A DNA stretch of 64,000 nt from Callorhinchus milii (taxonomy: Eukaryota). The translations under genes and the position numbers were made by a program. The DNA is taken from NCBI RefSeq assembly GCF_018977255.1, contig NW_024704742.1, positions 93,126,001 through 93,190,000 on the forward strand. Direction: 5' to 3'. Each line of letters opens with the position of its first letter. Within the stretch, counting starts at the first letter, position 1. Of the stretch, positions 1-10,855 are shown in pieces. The notes beneath the pieces are model-generated. The model saw nothing but the letters and a program-made list of their open reading frames with translations, had not been told where the DNA came from and searched no databases.

Positions 1-1377
1 TAGAATTCCTATACAATTTTTTTTATTAAAACAAGATTAAGTTACAATTGACTCGAAAATGTATCAGCTCAAAAAACTGTAATTTGACCTTAACAGTTAT
101 CTTACAAAGCCGCTTCGATTAGATTTGGTTTTAACATCCCAGCTTCTTGTTCTGTGGAATTCACCTCGTTTACCCTTTAGGGCATAGTTTACAGGACCAA
201 CAACGCAGAAACAACTGCACATTTCTTTCAAAGTCGTCAATCATAAAACAACATTTCTGGCTGATCGTCTAAAAAAAACCACAATTACAAAAAAAACATC
301 ATTGTTGGCCTGTGCAGACAAGCTGGAGTCATTAACAGAAAAATGGCAGACTGGAGACATTAACCATCTTGAGGCAGTACTCCCAAGCTTATGAGGCGAA
401 GCTGTCGCTGGAGACCGGGGCTGCTGTCAATGTCATCATATCAAGATAAAGCACATTATTAAAAGAGGTTCCACCATAGTATTGGAACAGATCCTAGGAC
501 TCCTGTATCAATTTTGGAAAACTGTTCTTTCCCCTAATGAAGTCCATTCCCACATCACTTTGCGATTAAAAATCAGATGCCGAAAACAAAATTAGATCAT
601 GCCAGATTTTTCAACAATTGTAAGTAACTGCTTAAGTTTGGAATGAGGAAAGGCCATTTGGCCCATCAAACATTCTCCCACTTCCAAGACCACAATAGCT
701 GGTAGCAATTGCAGCGCTTTCTAATTGGGGGGGGGGGGGGGTTAAGACATCATAAAACTCAGCAGCAAAGCTCCAGTTATTTATGAATGTCATCTGGAGC
801 CCAAGATTAGAATCAGAATCTTGAAATCCCTCCTTGGGTAACATTATATATCTACCATTCAGTTTTTAAAGGGGGAGTTGAATCAGTTTTGTTTCAGTTT
901 TCCTGCCGGCAGCAACTGTCAGTGTAACATTGCCTCCTACAAGCTCCAGTCTAGATCCTCCACACTGACATCATTACTCCAAAGAAATATTTGCTCATCA
1001 ACACTAAGAAATTCTGTGCCCAGCATTTAGGCGTTGTACACTTACAATTGACCGACACAGCACAGACAAAAACGCTCAATCTGGTTAAGTACTTAATTTT
1101 TTCAAACTAAACATAAATATACTTTCAAACATAGGATGCTTAATCCAGTTGACGTTGCACATTACACCATTATACCAACGCATGGTTTTTCTTCCTTCAA
1201 ATGACCCTCCAAATCCCAATGTTTGTATTATGCTTTTACATCTTAAAAAAAACCAAGATTCTCAATGAACCCCACTGTTTCGAATGACAACAGTCAACCA
1301 GAAGCACAGAGAAGACGAGCAAAATAAAACGAGAGAGCCCGAGGTGTGGGTCGGGGGGGGGTCGACAAGGTCTTATT

Positions 1378-1537
1378 GTTGTTCGTGAGACATTGCTGTG
1401 CACAAATTAGCTGCCACACTTGCCAACAAAACACACAGCCACTACAGTTTACAGCAAATCTTATGAAGAGCTGTGAGCCGTCCTGCTGACGTGAAAGGTG
1501 CGAAATCAAATGCAAGGATTGTTATAATAATAATAAA
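1378..1537 (+). mobile_element. SINE 3' fragment (L2-like tail)
   Basis: GACATTGCTGTGCACAAATTAGCTGCC...GACGTGAAAGGTG...AAATGCAAGGATTGTTATAATAATAAT matches the 3' half of the SINE copies elsewhere in the window (e.g. 38488-38800). Confidence 0.75.
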
Positions 1538-1660
1538 GTTATGCTGCAAGATAAATTTGACAGGTGACAAATGCAGCCCCCACCCACTTTATCATATTTT
1601 GTGGCTGTCACCGAAAACATCCTGAGAAACATTTCAAAGCTACGGATTTTTCCACCGACT

Positions 1661-1704
1661 TGGAACATTTTATTTTGGCACCAATTCTCTCTGGCCTTGA
1701 GCTG
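1661..1704 (-). repeat. Unclassified element, distal half of left copy (inverted partner of 6510-6554)
   Basis: Reverse complement CAGCTCAAGGCCAGAGAGAATTGGTGCCAAAATAAAATGTTCCA aligns to CAGCTCAGGGTCAGAGTGAATTGGTGCCAAAATGAACTGTGTCCA at 6510-6554 with about 6 differences. Confidence 0.8.
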
Positions 1705-1714
1705 GGATGGCTCT

Positions 1715-2004
1715 GAGGCTGAGCTCACCTTGAGCCTAAGCTCATCCTGAGCCCGAGCTCACCCTGAGCCGGGCTCACCCTGAGCCGGGCTCACCCTGAG
1801 CCGGGCTCACCCTGAGCCGGGCTCACCCTGAGCCGGGCTCACCCTGAGCCGGGCTCTCCCTGAGCCGGGCTCACCCTGAGCCGGGCTCTCCCTGAGCCGG
1901 GCTCACCCTGAGCCGGGCTCTCCCTGAGCCGGGCTCACCCTGACTGAGCTCACACTGACTGAGCTGGGCTCACCCCCGAGCTGAGCTGAGCTCACCCCCG
2001 AGCT
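1715..2004. repeat. 16-bp minisatellite TGAGCCGGGCTC(A/T)CCC
   Basis: 11 near-perfect units at 1765-1940, with degenerate GAGCT-rich units on both sides. Confidence 0.95.
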
Positions 2005-5000
2005 GGGGTGTGGTTGGAGGGGGTTGGGTTGGGCGGGTGGGGTGTGGTTGGGGGGTGTGGGGTTGGGTTGGGGGGTTGGGGGGTGGGTTGGGGGTTGGGT
2101 TGGGGGGGTTGTGGGGTTGGGGGTGTGTGGTTGGGGGGGTTGTGGGGTTGGGGTGTGGTTGGAGGGGTTGGGTTGGGGGTGTGGGGTTGGGGGGGTGGGG
2201 GTTGGGTTGGGGGGTTGGGGTGTGGTTGGGGGGTTGGGTGTGGTTGGAGGGGGTTGGGTTGGGGGTGTGGGGTTGGGTTGGGGGGGTTGGGTTGGGAGGG
2301 GTTGGGCGGGTGGGGGGTGGGGTTGGGGGGGTTGGGTTGGGGTTGGGGTGTGGTGGGGGGGGTTGGGGGGGTTGTGGGTTGGGGTGTGGTTGGAGGGGGT
2401 TGGGTTGGCGGGTGTGGGGTTGGGTTGGGGGGTTGGGGGCTGTGGGGTTGGGTTGGGGTGTGGGGTTGGGTTGGGGGTGTGGGGTTGGGTTTGGGGTGTG
2501 GGGTTGGGTTGGGGGGTTGGGTTGGGGGTTGGGGGTTATGGGGTTGGGGTGTGGTTGGGGGTTGGGTTGGGTTGGAGGGGGTTGGGGGGGTTGTGGGTTG
2601 GGGTGTGGTTGGAGGGGGTTGGGTTGGCGGGTGTGGGTTGGGTTGGGGGGTTGGGGGTGTGGGTTGGGGGGTGTGGGGTTGGGTTTGGGGGTGTGGGTTT
2701 GGTTTGGGGGTGTGGGGTTGGGTTGGGGGGGGTTGGGGGGTTGGGGGTGGGGTTGGGAGGGGTTGGGCGGGTGGGGTGGGGTTGGGGGGTGGGGTTGGGG
2801 GGGGGGTTGGGGGTGGGGTTGGGGGGTTGGGGGTGGGGTTGGGGTGTGTGGTTGGGGGGGTTGTGGGTTGGGGTGTGGTTGGAGGGGGTTGGGGTGGGGT
2901 GGGGTGTGGTTGGGGGGTTGGGGGGGGTGGGGGTTGGGTTGGGTGTGGGAGGGGGTTGGGTTGGCGGGTGTGGGGTTGGGTTGGGGGGTTGGGGGTGTGG
3001 GGTTGGGGGGTGTGGGTTGGGTTTGGGGGTGTGGGTTTGGGGGTGGGGTTGGGTTGGGGGGTGGGTTGGGGGGGTTGGGGGGTGGGGTTGGGGGGTGGGG
3101 TTGGGGGGGGTTGGGGGGTGGGGTTGGGGGTGGGGGTTGGGGGGGTTGGGCGGGTNNNNNNNNNNNNNNNNNNNNNNNNNGAGGGGGTTGGTTGGGGTGT
3201 GGGGTTGGGGGGGTTGGGGGTTGGGTTGGGGGGTTGGGGTGTGGTTGGGGGTTGGGTGTGGTTGGAGGGGGTTGGGTTGGGGGGTGTGGGGTTGGGTTGG
3301 GGGGGTTGGGTTGGGAGGGGTTGGGCGGGTGGGGGGGGGGGTTGGGGGGTTGGGTTGGGGTTGGGGTGTGGTGGGGGGGTTGGGGGGGTTGTGGGTTGGG
3401 GTGTGGTTGGAGGGGGTTGGGTTGGCGGGTGTGGGGTTGGGTTGGGGGGTTGGGGGCTGTGGGGTTGGGTTGGGGGTGTGGGGTTGGGTTGGGGGGTGTG
3501 GGTTGGGTTTGGGGTGTGGGGTTGGGTTGGGGGGTTGGGTTGGGGGTTGGGGGTTATGGGGTTGGGGTGTGGTTGGGGGTTGGGTTGGGTTGGAGGGGGT
3601 TGGGGGGGTTGTGGGTTGGGGTGTGGTTGGAGGGGGTTGGGTTGGCGGGTGTGGGTTGGGTTGGGGGGTTGGGGTTGGGTTGGGGGGTGTGGGGTTGGGT
3701 TTGGGGGTGTGGGTTTGGGTTTGGGGGTGTGGGGTTGGGTTGGGGGGTGGTGGGGGGTTGGGGGTGGGGTTGGGAGGGGTTGGGCGGGTGGGGTGGGGTT
3801 GGGGGGTGGGGTTGGGGGTGGGGTTGGGGGTGGGGTTGGGGGGGGGGGGTGGGTTGGGGTGTGTGGTTGGGGGGGGTTGTGGGTTGGGGTGTGGTTGGAG
3901 GGGGTTGGGGTGGGGTGGGGTGTGGTTGGGGGGGGTTGGGGGGGTTGTGGGGTTGGGTGTGGTTGGAGGGGGTTGGGTTGGCGGGTGTGGGGTTGGGTTG
4001 GGGGGTGGGGTGTGGGGTTGGGGGTTGGGGTTGGGTTTGGGGGTTGGGTGTTGGGGTGTGGGTTGGGTTGGGGGGGGTGGGGTGGGGGTTGGGGGGTGGG
4101 GTTGGGGGGTGGGGTTGGGGGGTGGGGTTGGGGTGGGGTTGGGGGGGTTGGGCGGGTGGGGTGGGGTTGGGGGTGGGGTTGGGGGGGTTGGGGGGTGGGC
4201 TTGGGGGGTTGGGGGGGGTTGTGGGGTTGGTGTGGTTGGAGGGGTTGGGTGGGGTGGGGTGTGGTTGGGGGTTGGGTTGGGTGGGTGTGGGGGTTGGGTT
4301 GGGGGGTTGAGGGGGTTGGGTTGGGGGGGTTGGGGGGTGTGGGGTTGGGGGTTGGGTGTGGGGGTTGGGGGTGTGGGTTGGGTTTGGGGGTTTGGTTTGG
4401 GGGTGTGGGGTTGGGTTGGGGGTGGGGTTGGGGGGGATGGGGTGGGGTTGGGGGGGTTGGGCCGGTGGGGTGGGGTTGGGGGGTGGGTTGGGGGGGTTGG
4501 GGGTTGGGGGTGAGGGGTTGGGGGGGTTTGGGGGGTTGGGGTGTGGTTGGAGGGGGTTGGGTGGGTGGGGTGTGGGGTTGGGGGTTGGGTTGTGGGGTTG
4601 GGGGTGTGTAGTTGGGGGGTGTGGGTGTGGTTGTGGGGGGGGTGTGGGGTGGGGTTGGGGGGTTGGTTGGGGGTGTGGGTTGGGGGTTGGGTTGGGGGGG
4701 GTTGGGCGGGTGGGGTGGGGTTGGGGGGTGGGGGTGGGTTGGGGGGTGTGGGGTGGGTTGGGGGTGGGGTGGGGTTGGTGGGGTTGGGTTGGGTGGTGGT
4801 TGGGGTGTGTGGGGTTGGGTGGGGTTGGGTTGGGTTGGGGTTGGGGGTGTGGGTTGGTGGGGTGTGGGTTGGGTGGGGTTGGGTTGGTGGGTGGGGGTGT
4901 GGGTTGGGTGGGTTGGGGTTGGGTGGGGTTGGGGGTGTGGGTTGGGGGTGTGGGGTTGGGTGGGGTGGGTTGGGGGTTGGGGGGTGTGGGGTTGGGTGGG

Positions 5001-5508
5001 GTTGGGTAGGGTTGGGGGGTGTGGGGTTGGGGGGTGTGGGTGTGGGTGGGGTTGGGTGGGGTGGGTTGGGGGTGTGTGGTTGGGGGTGTGGGTGTGGGTT
5101 GTGGGGGGTTGGGGGGGTTGGGGGTGTGGGGTTGGTGGGGTTGGGTGGGGTTGGGTTGGGGGGTGTGGTTGGGGGTGTGGGGTGTGGTTGTGGGGGGTTG
5201 GGGGGGTTGGTGTGGGTTGGGTGGGGTTGGGTTGGGGGGTGTGTGGTTGGGGGTGTGGGGTGTGGTTGTGGGGGGTTGGGGGTGGGGGGTTGGGGGTTGG
5301 GGGTGTGTGGTTGGGGGGTGTGGGGTTGGGGGGTGTGGGGGTTGGGGGTGTGTGGGGGGTGGGGTTGGGGTGTGTGGTTGGGTGTTGGTTGGGGGGTGGG
5401 GTGGGGTGGGGTGTGGGTGGGGTTTGGGGGGTGGTGGTGTGGGTGGTTGTGGGGGTTGGGGGTGTGGGGTTGGGGGGTGTGGGGTTGGGGGTGTGGGGTT
5501 GGGTTGGG
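2005..5508. repeat. G/T low-complexity tract (GGGTT/GGGGTT/GGGGT units) with G-quadruplex potential
   Basis: The + strand is almost only G and T for ~3.5 kb, with recurring subunits such as GGGGTGTGGTTGGAGGGGGTTGGGTTGGCGGG. It contains an N gap. Confidence 0.9.
3156..3180. other. Assembly gap (25 N)
   Basis: Run of n characters. Confidence 1.
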
Positions 5509-5522
5509 CTCACACTGACAGT

Positions 5523-5568
5523 TGGGCTCACACTGAAGTCAGAACAAAAGAAACTCCGGCTCTTTAAA
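5523..5568 (-). repeat. Unclassified element, proximal half of left copy (inverted partner of 6461-6511)
   Basis: Reverse complement TTTAAAGAGCCGGAGTTTCTTTTGTTCTGACTTCAGTGTGAGCCCA aligns to GTTAAAGTACCAGCCAGGACTTTCTTTTGTTCTGGATTCTGTGGGAGCACA, with an identical 14-mer TTTCTTTTGTTCTG. Confidence 0.75.
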
Positions 5569-6460
5569 CGGTCGCGCATGCGCAAGGCAGCGGCCAGCCA
5601 GCCTGGTGCGGCGAGGATCCCCTTCTGCGCACGCGCAGTGAGGGACACGCAGGCATTTCTCGCCAGGAGACGCGGGCGCATTTTGTGGCAGGAAGTCAGC
5701 GAGATGGTGCCGAGACGGGGCCAGCCGTGCAGCGATAGCTCATTATTTGGCAGGTGAAAAAAAATGAGAGATGCAAGTGGGGGGGGGGGAGAGAGAGGAG
5801 AGAGAGAGAGAGAGAAAAAGGGAGGGGGGGAGTTGTTGAGAGCGGAGAAAGGGAGTGAATGAGTGTTGGCGTCGTCGCTTCTCACTGCAGTATTGTGCTT
5901 GTTCGAGAGCCCTGTAGTAGCAGAGTTTGTGCGCGAGGCGGGGGGAGCAAAAAAACACACACGCAGAGGCTGGAGTTGGTATTTTAGGAGAAGAGGTAAA
6001 TGAGAATAAACGGCGAATTGCATATTTCTATCTTAACACACATCTCTAGCGGTTTATTCGGACCCTCCCTGCCCTCGGGGGCTTGGCGTGGCGGGGGCGG
6101 TGGCGGTGGCTGAGGAGATGTCTCTGCGGAGCGGCGCGCGGGGCGAGAGCGAGAGCGAGAGGCCGGGGCTGCGTTCTATTCCTTTGTCTGCGCGAGCGAT
6201 GGAACGCCAGCCCGGAGCGGCGCGCGGACCGCCAGCCCCGCGCGCCAGCAGTCAAGGCTGCACCGTGCACCAGGGCTGCTCTCTTGCTTTGCTTTGCTTT
6301 GCTTTGCTGCCCTTTTTTCTTTGTTGCTTTGCTGCTGCTGTGATTTATTAATTACTTGCTCTTCTGTTGTTAGCCCGTTTCCCTCCCTCCCTCTCTGTGT
6401 GTATGCCCGACTGTCACTGTTGTTTGCACAGGGACCTTAAGCGGGGAGAAAACGAGCTGT
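5569..6460. promoter_or_regulatory. CpG island / probable promoter with housekeeping-type motifs
   Basis: High GC and CpG density in an otherwise CpG-poor window. NRF1-type CGCGCATGCGCA at 5573-5584 and TGCGCACGCGCA at 5626-5637, ETS CAGGAAGT at 5689-5696, GC box GGGGGCGG near 6093. The target gene was not identified. Confidence 0.75.
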
Positions 6461-6554
6461 GTTAAAGTACCAGCCAGGACTTTCTTTTGTTCTGGATTCT
6501 GTGGGAGCACAGCTCAGGGTCAGAGTGAATTGGTGCCAAAATGAACTGTGTCCA
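6461..6554 (+). repeat. Unclassified ~90-bp element, intact right copy
   Basis: Contiguous version of the two split halves at 5523-5568 and 1661-1704, which lie on the opposite strand. Confidence 0.75.
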
Positions 6555-7311
6555 GTTTTTAAAAACTATGCACCGTGTATTTTGACCAACATTGCACTTA
6601 TGTACCACTGCGACGGTTCTCACCCCTCCATGTACCCCGCGAATGTCAGTAACGTAAAGCGTACTAGGTGGCCTCTGTATTAACTCCTAACTCCGTGAGT
6701 GCAAATTTCTGCTCTTGAGGAATTTGACTATTCGGAGCCACACAACAGGTATTCCTGATTGTCTTACTGCCCCTACAATCGAAGTGTTTTCTCTGATGCC
6801 TTATTGCACTACCAGGTCACTAAGTACAACAACTACCTGTTTTAGTATGTTTTTCTCTACCTCCCCCCCTTAAGATGTAACAGACTCGAAGGCAATACTG
6901 AGCAGGTACAACGGATGTTTATTAACTATAGTTATTATTATTATTAACTAATAATATAGTTATTATTATTTATTATTATTGTAGACAGCTGTGTGTATTA
7001 CTAACTTACTTCTAGGCCACAATGATTCCAAATAAACACAACAATTGAAACAGATACACCAAAACTCTCCAGTGAAAAACTAATGATAACCGGCAGCAAT
7101 TCACTGAGGTTAGTAATAACTAATAATAAAAAACAATCTTGACTTGGAGGTAGTAGCCCTCAAGTCAAGCACATAAAGATTGTTGGGAAAAGCCAGGGGA
7201 CCACAAGGTAAGCCATGCCTTCTCTTTATACAGGCATAAGGCTCCTCCCCTCAAACAATGTATCAGAATGTTTTTTCCCGCATTGAACGGCATGTGCTCT
7301 AACCAAAAGAA

Positions 7312-9665
7312 CAGGGGTGGACAAAATACAGCCCGCGGGCCATATCCGGCCTGCCAAATGATTCTATCCAGCCCATCGTGTCTAGCAGTAGAAACAATTA
7401 TAGCTCATTCAGTCCCAGAAAGGATCAGTTTTAAATGCGACCCTTACACTTCTTACTTTTGTCACAGCATCGATTTTTAATTGCTAAAGTCGTTAGTTTT
7501 TTTCTCCACAAATTTTGCATTTGAATCAGACCGCCAATCACACTGCTTAGTTGTGAGCACCCTCCCTTAAGTGTTGAATCAGGCTCACGTCAGAAATGTA
7601 CGAATCGACACATTTTCAAACACGCACTCGCGGCAACCGAGGCAATAATTTTCACTGAAGTGGATGTTAATTCGAAATGAATTTATCAAAGAAGTGGAAA
7701 GTGGACCCTAAAGGCTGAATATTCAACAAAGAATGGACTTCTAAATATTTTTTTACCAGTGTGGATGGAAAAGCTGTGTGCTTAATTTGCAAAGAAAGTG
7801 CGGCAGTGCTCAAAGACCACAACTTGAATTGCCATTTTGAGAGCAAACATGCTTGTAAATAAAAGAACGTTTCTGCCGAAGAAAAAGGAAAGAAAGCTGA
7901 TGAGATGGTTGTTCGAATGCAAAAAGAGCAAAGCATTTTCACAAAACAAATTGCATCCCAGGATGAGATTACAAGAGTGAGTTAACGTGATTGCACACAA
8001 AATCACCAAGAACAGCAAACCACTCTCTGAAGGAGAATTTATAAAAGAATGTATGGTTGACTCTGCTTCGATTTTATAGCCAGACAAGAAAAACGAGTTT
8101 GAGAACATTAGCTTGTTAAGGCGAATTATTGTGAGACGTGTCGAGGATATCTCTGAGAACCTGTGTCTGCAGTTACAAAATAAAGTAAGTAATTTTGCAT
8201 GTTTTTCACTGCCACTCGATGAGAGTTGTGATGTCAAAGACGCAGCCCAGTTGATAATTTTTATTCGAGAATTGGCATCATTGCAGTCAATGAAAGATGC
8301 GACAACTGGAGACTTTTTGGAGGCAGTAAATAAGGGTATCTTAAAATTGGAGTGGAGTGGAAAAAATTGGTGGAAGCCCAAATCTGACAGGCAAAAATGT
8401 TGGGTTACTGAAAAGAATTCCAGATCACGTCAAAGAAACAAATCCAGAACAGAATATTGTTTTTCTATACTGCATTATCCACCAAGAGGTCCTCTGTAAG
8501 AGTGTTCTAAAACTAAGCAATGTTGTGGACACAGTTACGAAAATGGTCAACTACATTCAATTAAGAGGATTAACCACAGGCAATTTGTAACTCTGCTTGA
8601 GGAATTGGTATCCAAGCACACGGATGTTCTGTATCATGCAAATGTAAGACGGCTTAGTTTAGGAAAGGTCTTGAAAAGTGTATGGGAACTGAGAACAGAG
8701 ATTGATTTATTTTTGGACATGAAACAAAAAGATTTGGATTTCCCACAGCTGAATGATGCAAATTGGCTCTCTGATTTCACATTTGCCATTGATATCATGG
8801 GCCACATGAATGAACTGAATTCAAAACTGCAACGGAAGGGGACCTTTGTGCATGATTTGTATTGCAGTGTCAAGTCATTTATGACAAAATTATTTATTTT
8901 ATCGCGTCAGATAGGAAACAGGCAGTTCGCCACTTTCCAACTTTGCAGCAGATTAAGCAGCAGATTAGTTTGCGATCAAAGCCTTAAAAAATATATTTCG
9001 TCATGAATTTTCTCGCTGATTCCAGGATTTCAATTTGATCGAAAATGACCTATCCTTGTTCTCTTCACCTTTCTCATTTGATATTGACAAAGCCCCATTT
9101 GACCTACCACTCGAGCTTATTGACCTGCAATGTGATTCATTGTTGCGGAGCAGTTAAAATCAGTGCCGCTTCCCAGTTTTTATGCTTCTCTTAATGAATA
9201 TACCTTTCCAAAAATAAAGGCTCATCCCCGGAGGATGCTTGTGCTGTTTGGATCAACATACATATGCGAGGAGACATTTTCTATGATGAAATTCAATAAA
9301 TCAAAACATAGATCTGTGATGACTGATGACCACCTTGCAGCAGTACTCCGCATTGCAACAACGGAGATGATGCCTGACTTCAATTGTCTGGCGTTTTCAT
9401 TCTTCCCAATGAGTGAATTTCTCACATTCTCATCAATATGTGAATAAATTAATAAATATTGACTAAATGTCTGCTCAATGAGTTGTTTTTATTTAACCTA
9501 ATTTTAATGAATGTCAATTATATAGATTTTATTTTATGTATGTACAAGTGTAAGACTTGATTTTGAGCTATTATTAGGCATTTGCATCTATATTAAGTGT
9601 GTGGCCCGCAAAGCTTACCAAAACTTGTGAAGTGGCCCGTCAGCCAAAATAATTGCCCACTCCTG
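7312..9665 (+). mobile_element. hAT DNA transposon (Charlie/SPIN/GTF2IRD2-like), full length, decayed
   Basis: TIRs CAGGGGTGGACAA ... TTGCCCACTCCTG, subterminal GCCCGC motifs, degenerate 8-bp TSD caaaagaa/ctatagaa, and internal transposase remnants. Confidence 0.9.
7677..9447 (+). pseudogene. hAT transposase pseudogene (multiple stops and frameshifts)
   Basis: N-terminal KYFF...AVCLICKE...HNLNCHFESKH (BED-like zinc finger), FSLPLDESCDVKDAAQLIIFIR, CIIHQEVLC, VRRLSLGKVLK and C-terminal LFGSTYICEETFSMMKFNKSKHRS dimerisation motif. Confidence 0.9.
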
Positions 9666-10473
9666 CTATAGAAAGTATCTGTTTTCTCTAGGCATTCCCA
9701 AACTTAGTGTATCCAGAGCAGCTTGCAAAACTAAATAAGAGCTGTTTACCCTGTTGGGAACTCAACCCTCTTACAGGGGCAGGCCCCCCAAGATATAAAT
9801 TATTAATATTTACAAAATTACGTAATTTATTAATAAAACCTTAAATCTGAACTGTGAATATAATGTAAAATGGTTTAGAGCCCTTTCCGGAATCACTAGA
9901 TCAATATCAGCTCTTAGATATTGCAAGGATTTGCCTAACGCATTTAAAACTGGCATAAGAATTCTTCATTCTTTACCATCTACTAAGATAATGGATGCAT
10001 TAAATATATTCCACTCCTTTACGTTCTTATATTCTGAAAATCGTTGGGATTTATAGAGCACGTTTTCTTGCCTCCTAAAAGCATAGCAGCTATGAAGGAC
10101 ATTTGATAAATTGAAATCAGACACAGAATTATGATAATTAGGACTAATGAAGGAAACGTATTTTAAAGAGTCCATATTGTACAAGGCTATGTAAACCTTG
10201 GAGTGAATAGCAGCTTTGGAAGTGTAAGCAGTAACATTATTCAAGGGAAAAGTATTGGATATGTTAATTACTATTCTGTTGAGGCTCTTAACAGGTCCTT
10301 ATTGTCAGTATTATCTCTGGATAATGCAGTTTCCAAAGTATTACACAAAATATGACTGTTAATTCGATTTGGGGCTTTTTGTTGACTAAAAACTGATAAG
10401 TGGCTGTGAGACATTTTTTAAATTTTACTTCCACAACAATAATAAGTAATAATAAGCTTTATACTGTGCCTTT

Positions 10474-10855
10474 CAACAACAACAACAGAATTACATTTGT
10501 ACAGCTCCTTTCACGTCAGGAGGACGTCCCAAGGCGATGGACAGTGTACAGCATTTCAGACCCGAGCTGGGGTCAGGGGGGGGAGAAGGGAGGGGAGGGG
10601 AAGGGGAGTGATCAATGGCATGATCGAAGAGGAGGGTTTTGAGATGGGACTTGAAGGAGGCTAAGGAGGGGGCGAGGCAGAGTGATTGGGGGTTGGAATT
10701 TCAGAGTTTGGGGGCAGAGTGGCTGAAGGCTCTCCTGCCAATGGTGGGGCGGGTGGGTCGGGGGATATGGAGCAGGCCGGAGCCGGCTGAGCAGGGGGAG
10801 CGGGCGGGTTGGTAGGGGGTTAGGAGGTCACAGAGGTAGGGCGGGGCGAGGCCTT
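10474..10855 (-). mobile_element. L2 LINE 3' end
   Basis: (AAC)n tail followed by TTTCACGTCAGGAGGACGTCCCAAGG and sequence homologous to 13208-13650. Confidence 0.8.

Larger units (their letters stand above)
6609..9775 (-). mobile_element. LTR-like element (probable solo LTR) interrupted by a hAT transposon
   Basis: Begins TGCGACGGTTCTCACCCC, like the copy at 16005. Shares AAAAACAATCTTGACYTGGAG and TTTATAC...CTCCTCCC...AATGTATC with it. Minus strand has TATAAA (~7225) and AATAAA (~6917). Right boundary uncertain and no TSD found. Confidence 0.45.

Noticed and set aside
300..505. Exon or C/D snoRNA in a GC-richer unique segment
   Set aside because: Short frames with no recognisable product. 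ATGATGA on the minus strand has no suitably placed D box or terminal stem.
1765..1940. CRISPR-like array
   Set aside because: Head-to-tail repeats with no unique spacers, in a eukaryotic context.
2005..5508. Interstitial telomere
   Set aside because: Units are irregular GGGTT/GGGGTT, with no vertebrate TTAGGG array.
5511..5552. V(D)J recombination signal (CACACTG ... ACAAAAGAA)
   Set aside because: Spacers are 8 or 26 nt rather than 12 or 22/23, the nonamer is poor, and there are no V/J segments.
1992..6023. 1343-aa Pro/Thr/His-rich ORF and overlapping Gly/Trp/Val-rich ORFs (extensin- or mucin-like)
   Set aside because: Artefacts of the G/T tract, which almost never contains stop codons. 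Open in most frames and spans an N gap.
9860..10330. 92-aa minus-strand ORF next to the LTR-like element (possible internal retroelement gene)
   Set aside because: No gag, pol or env motifs recognised.
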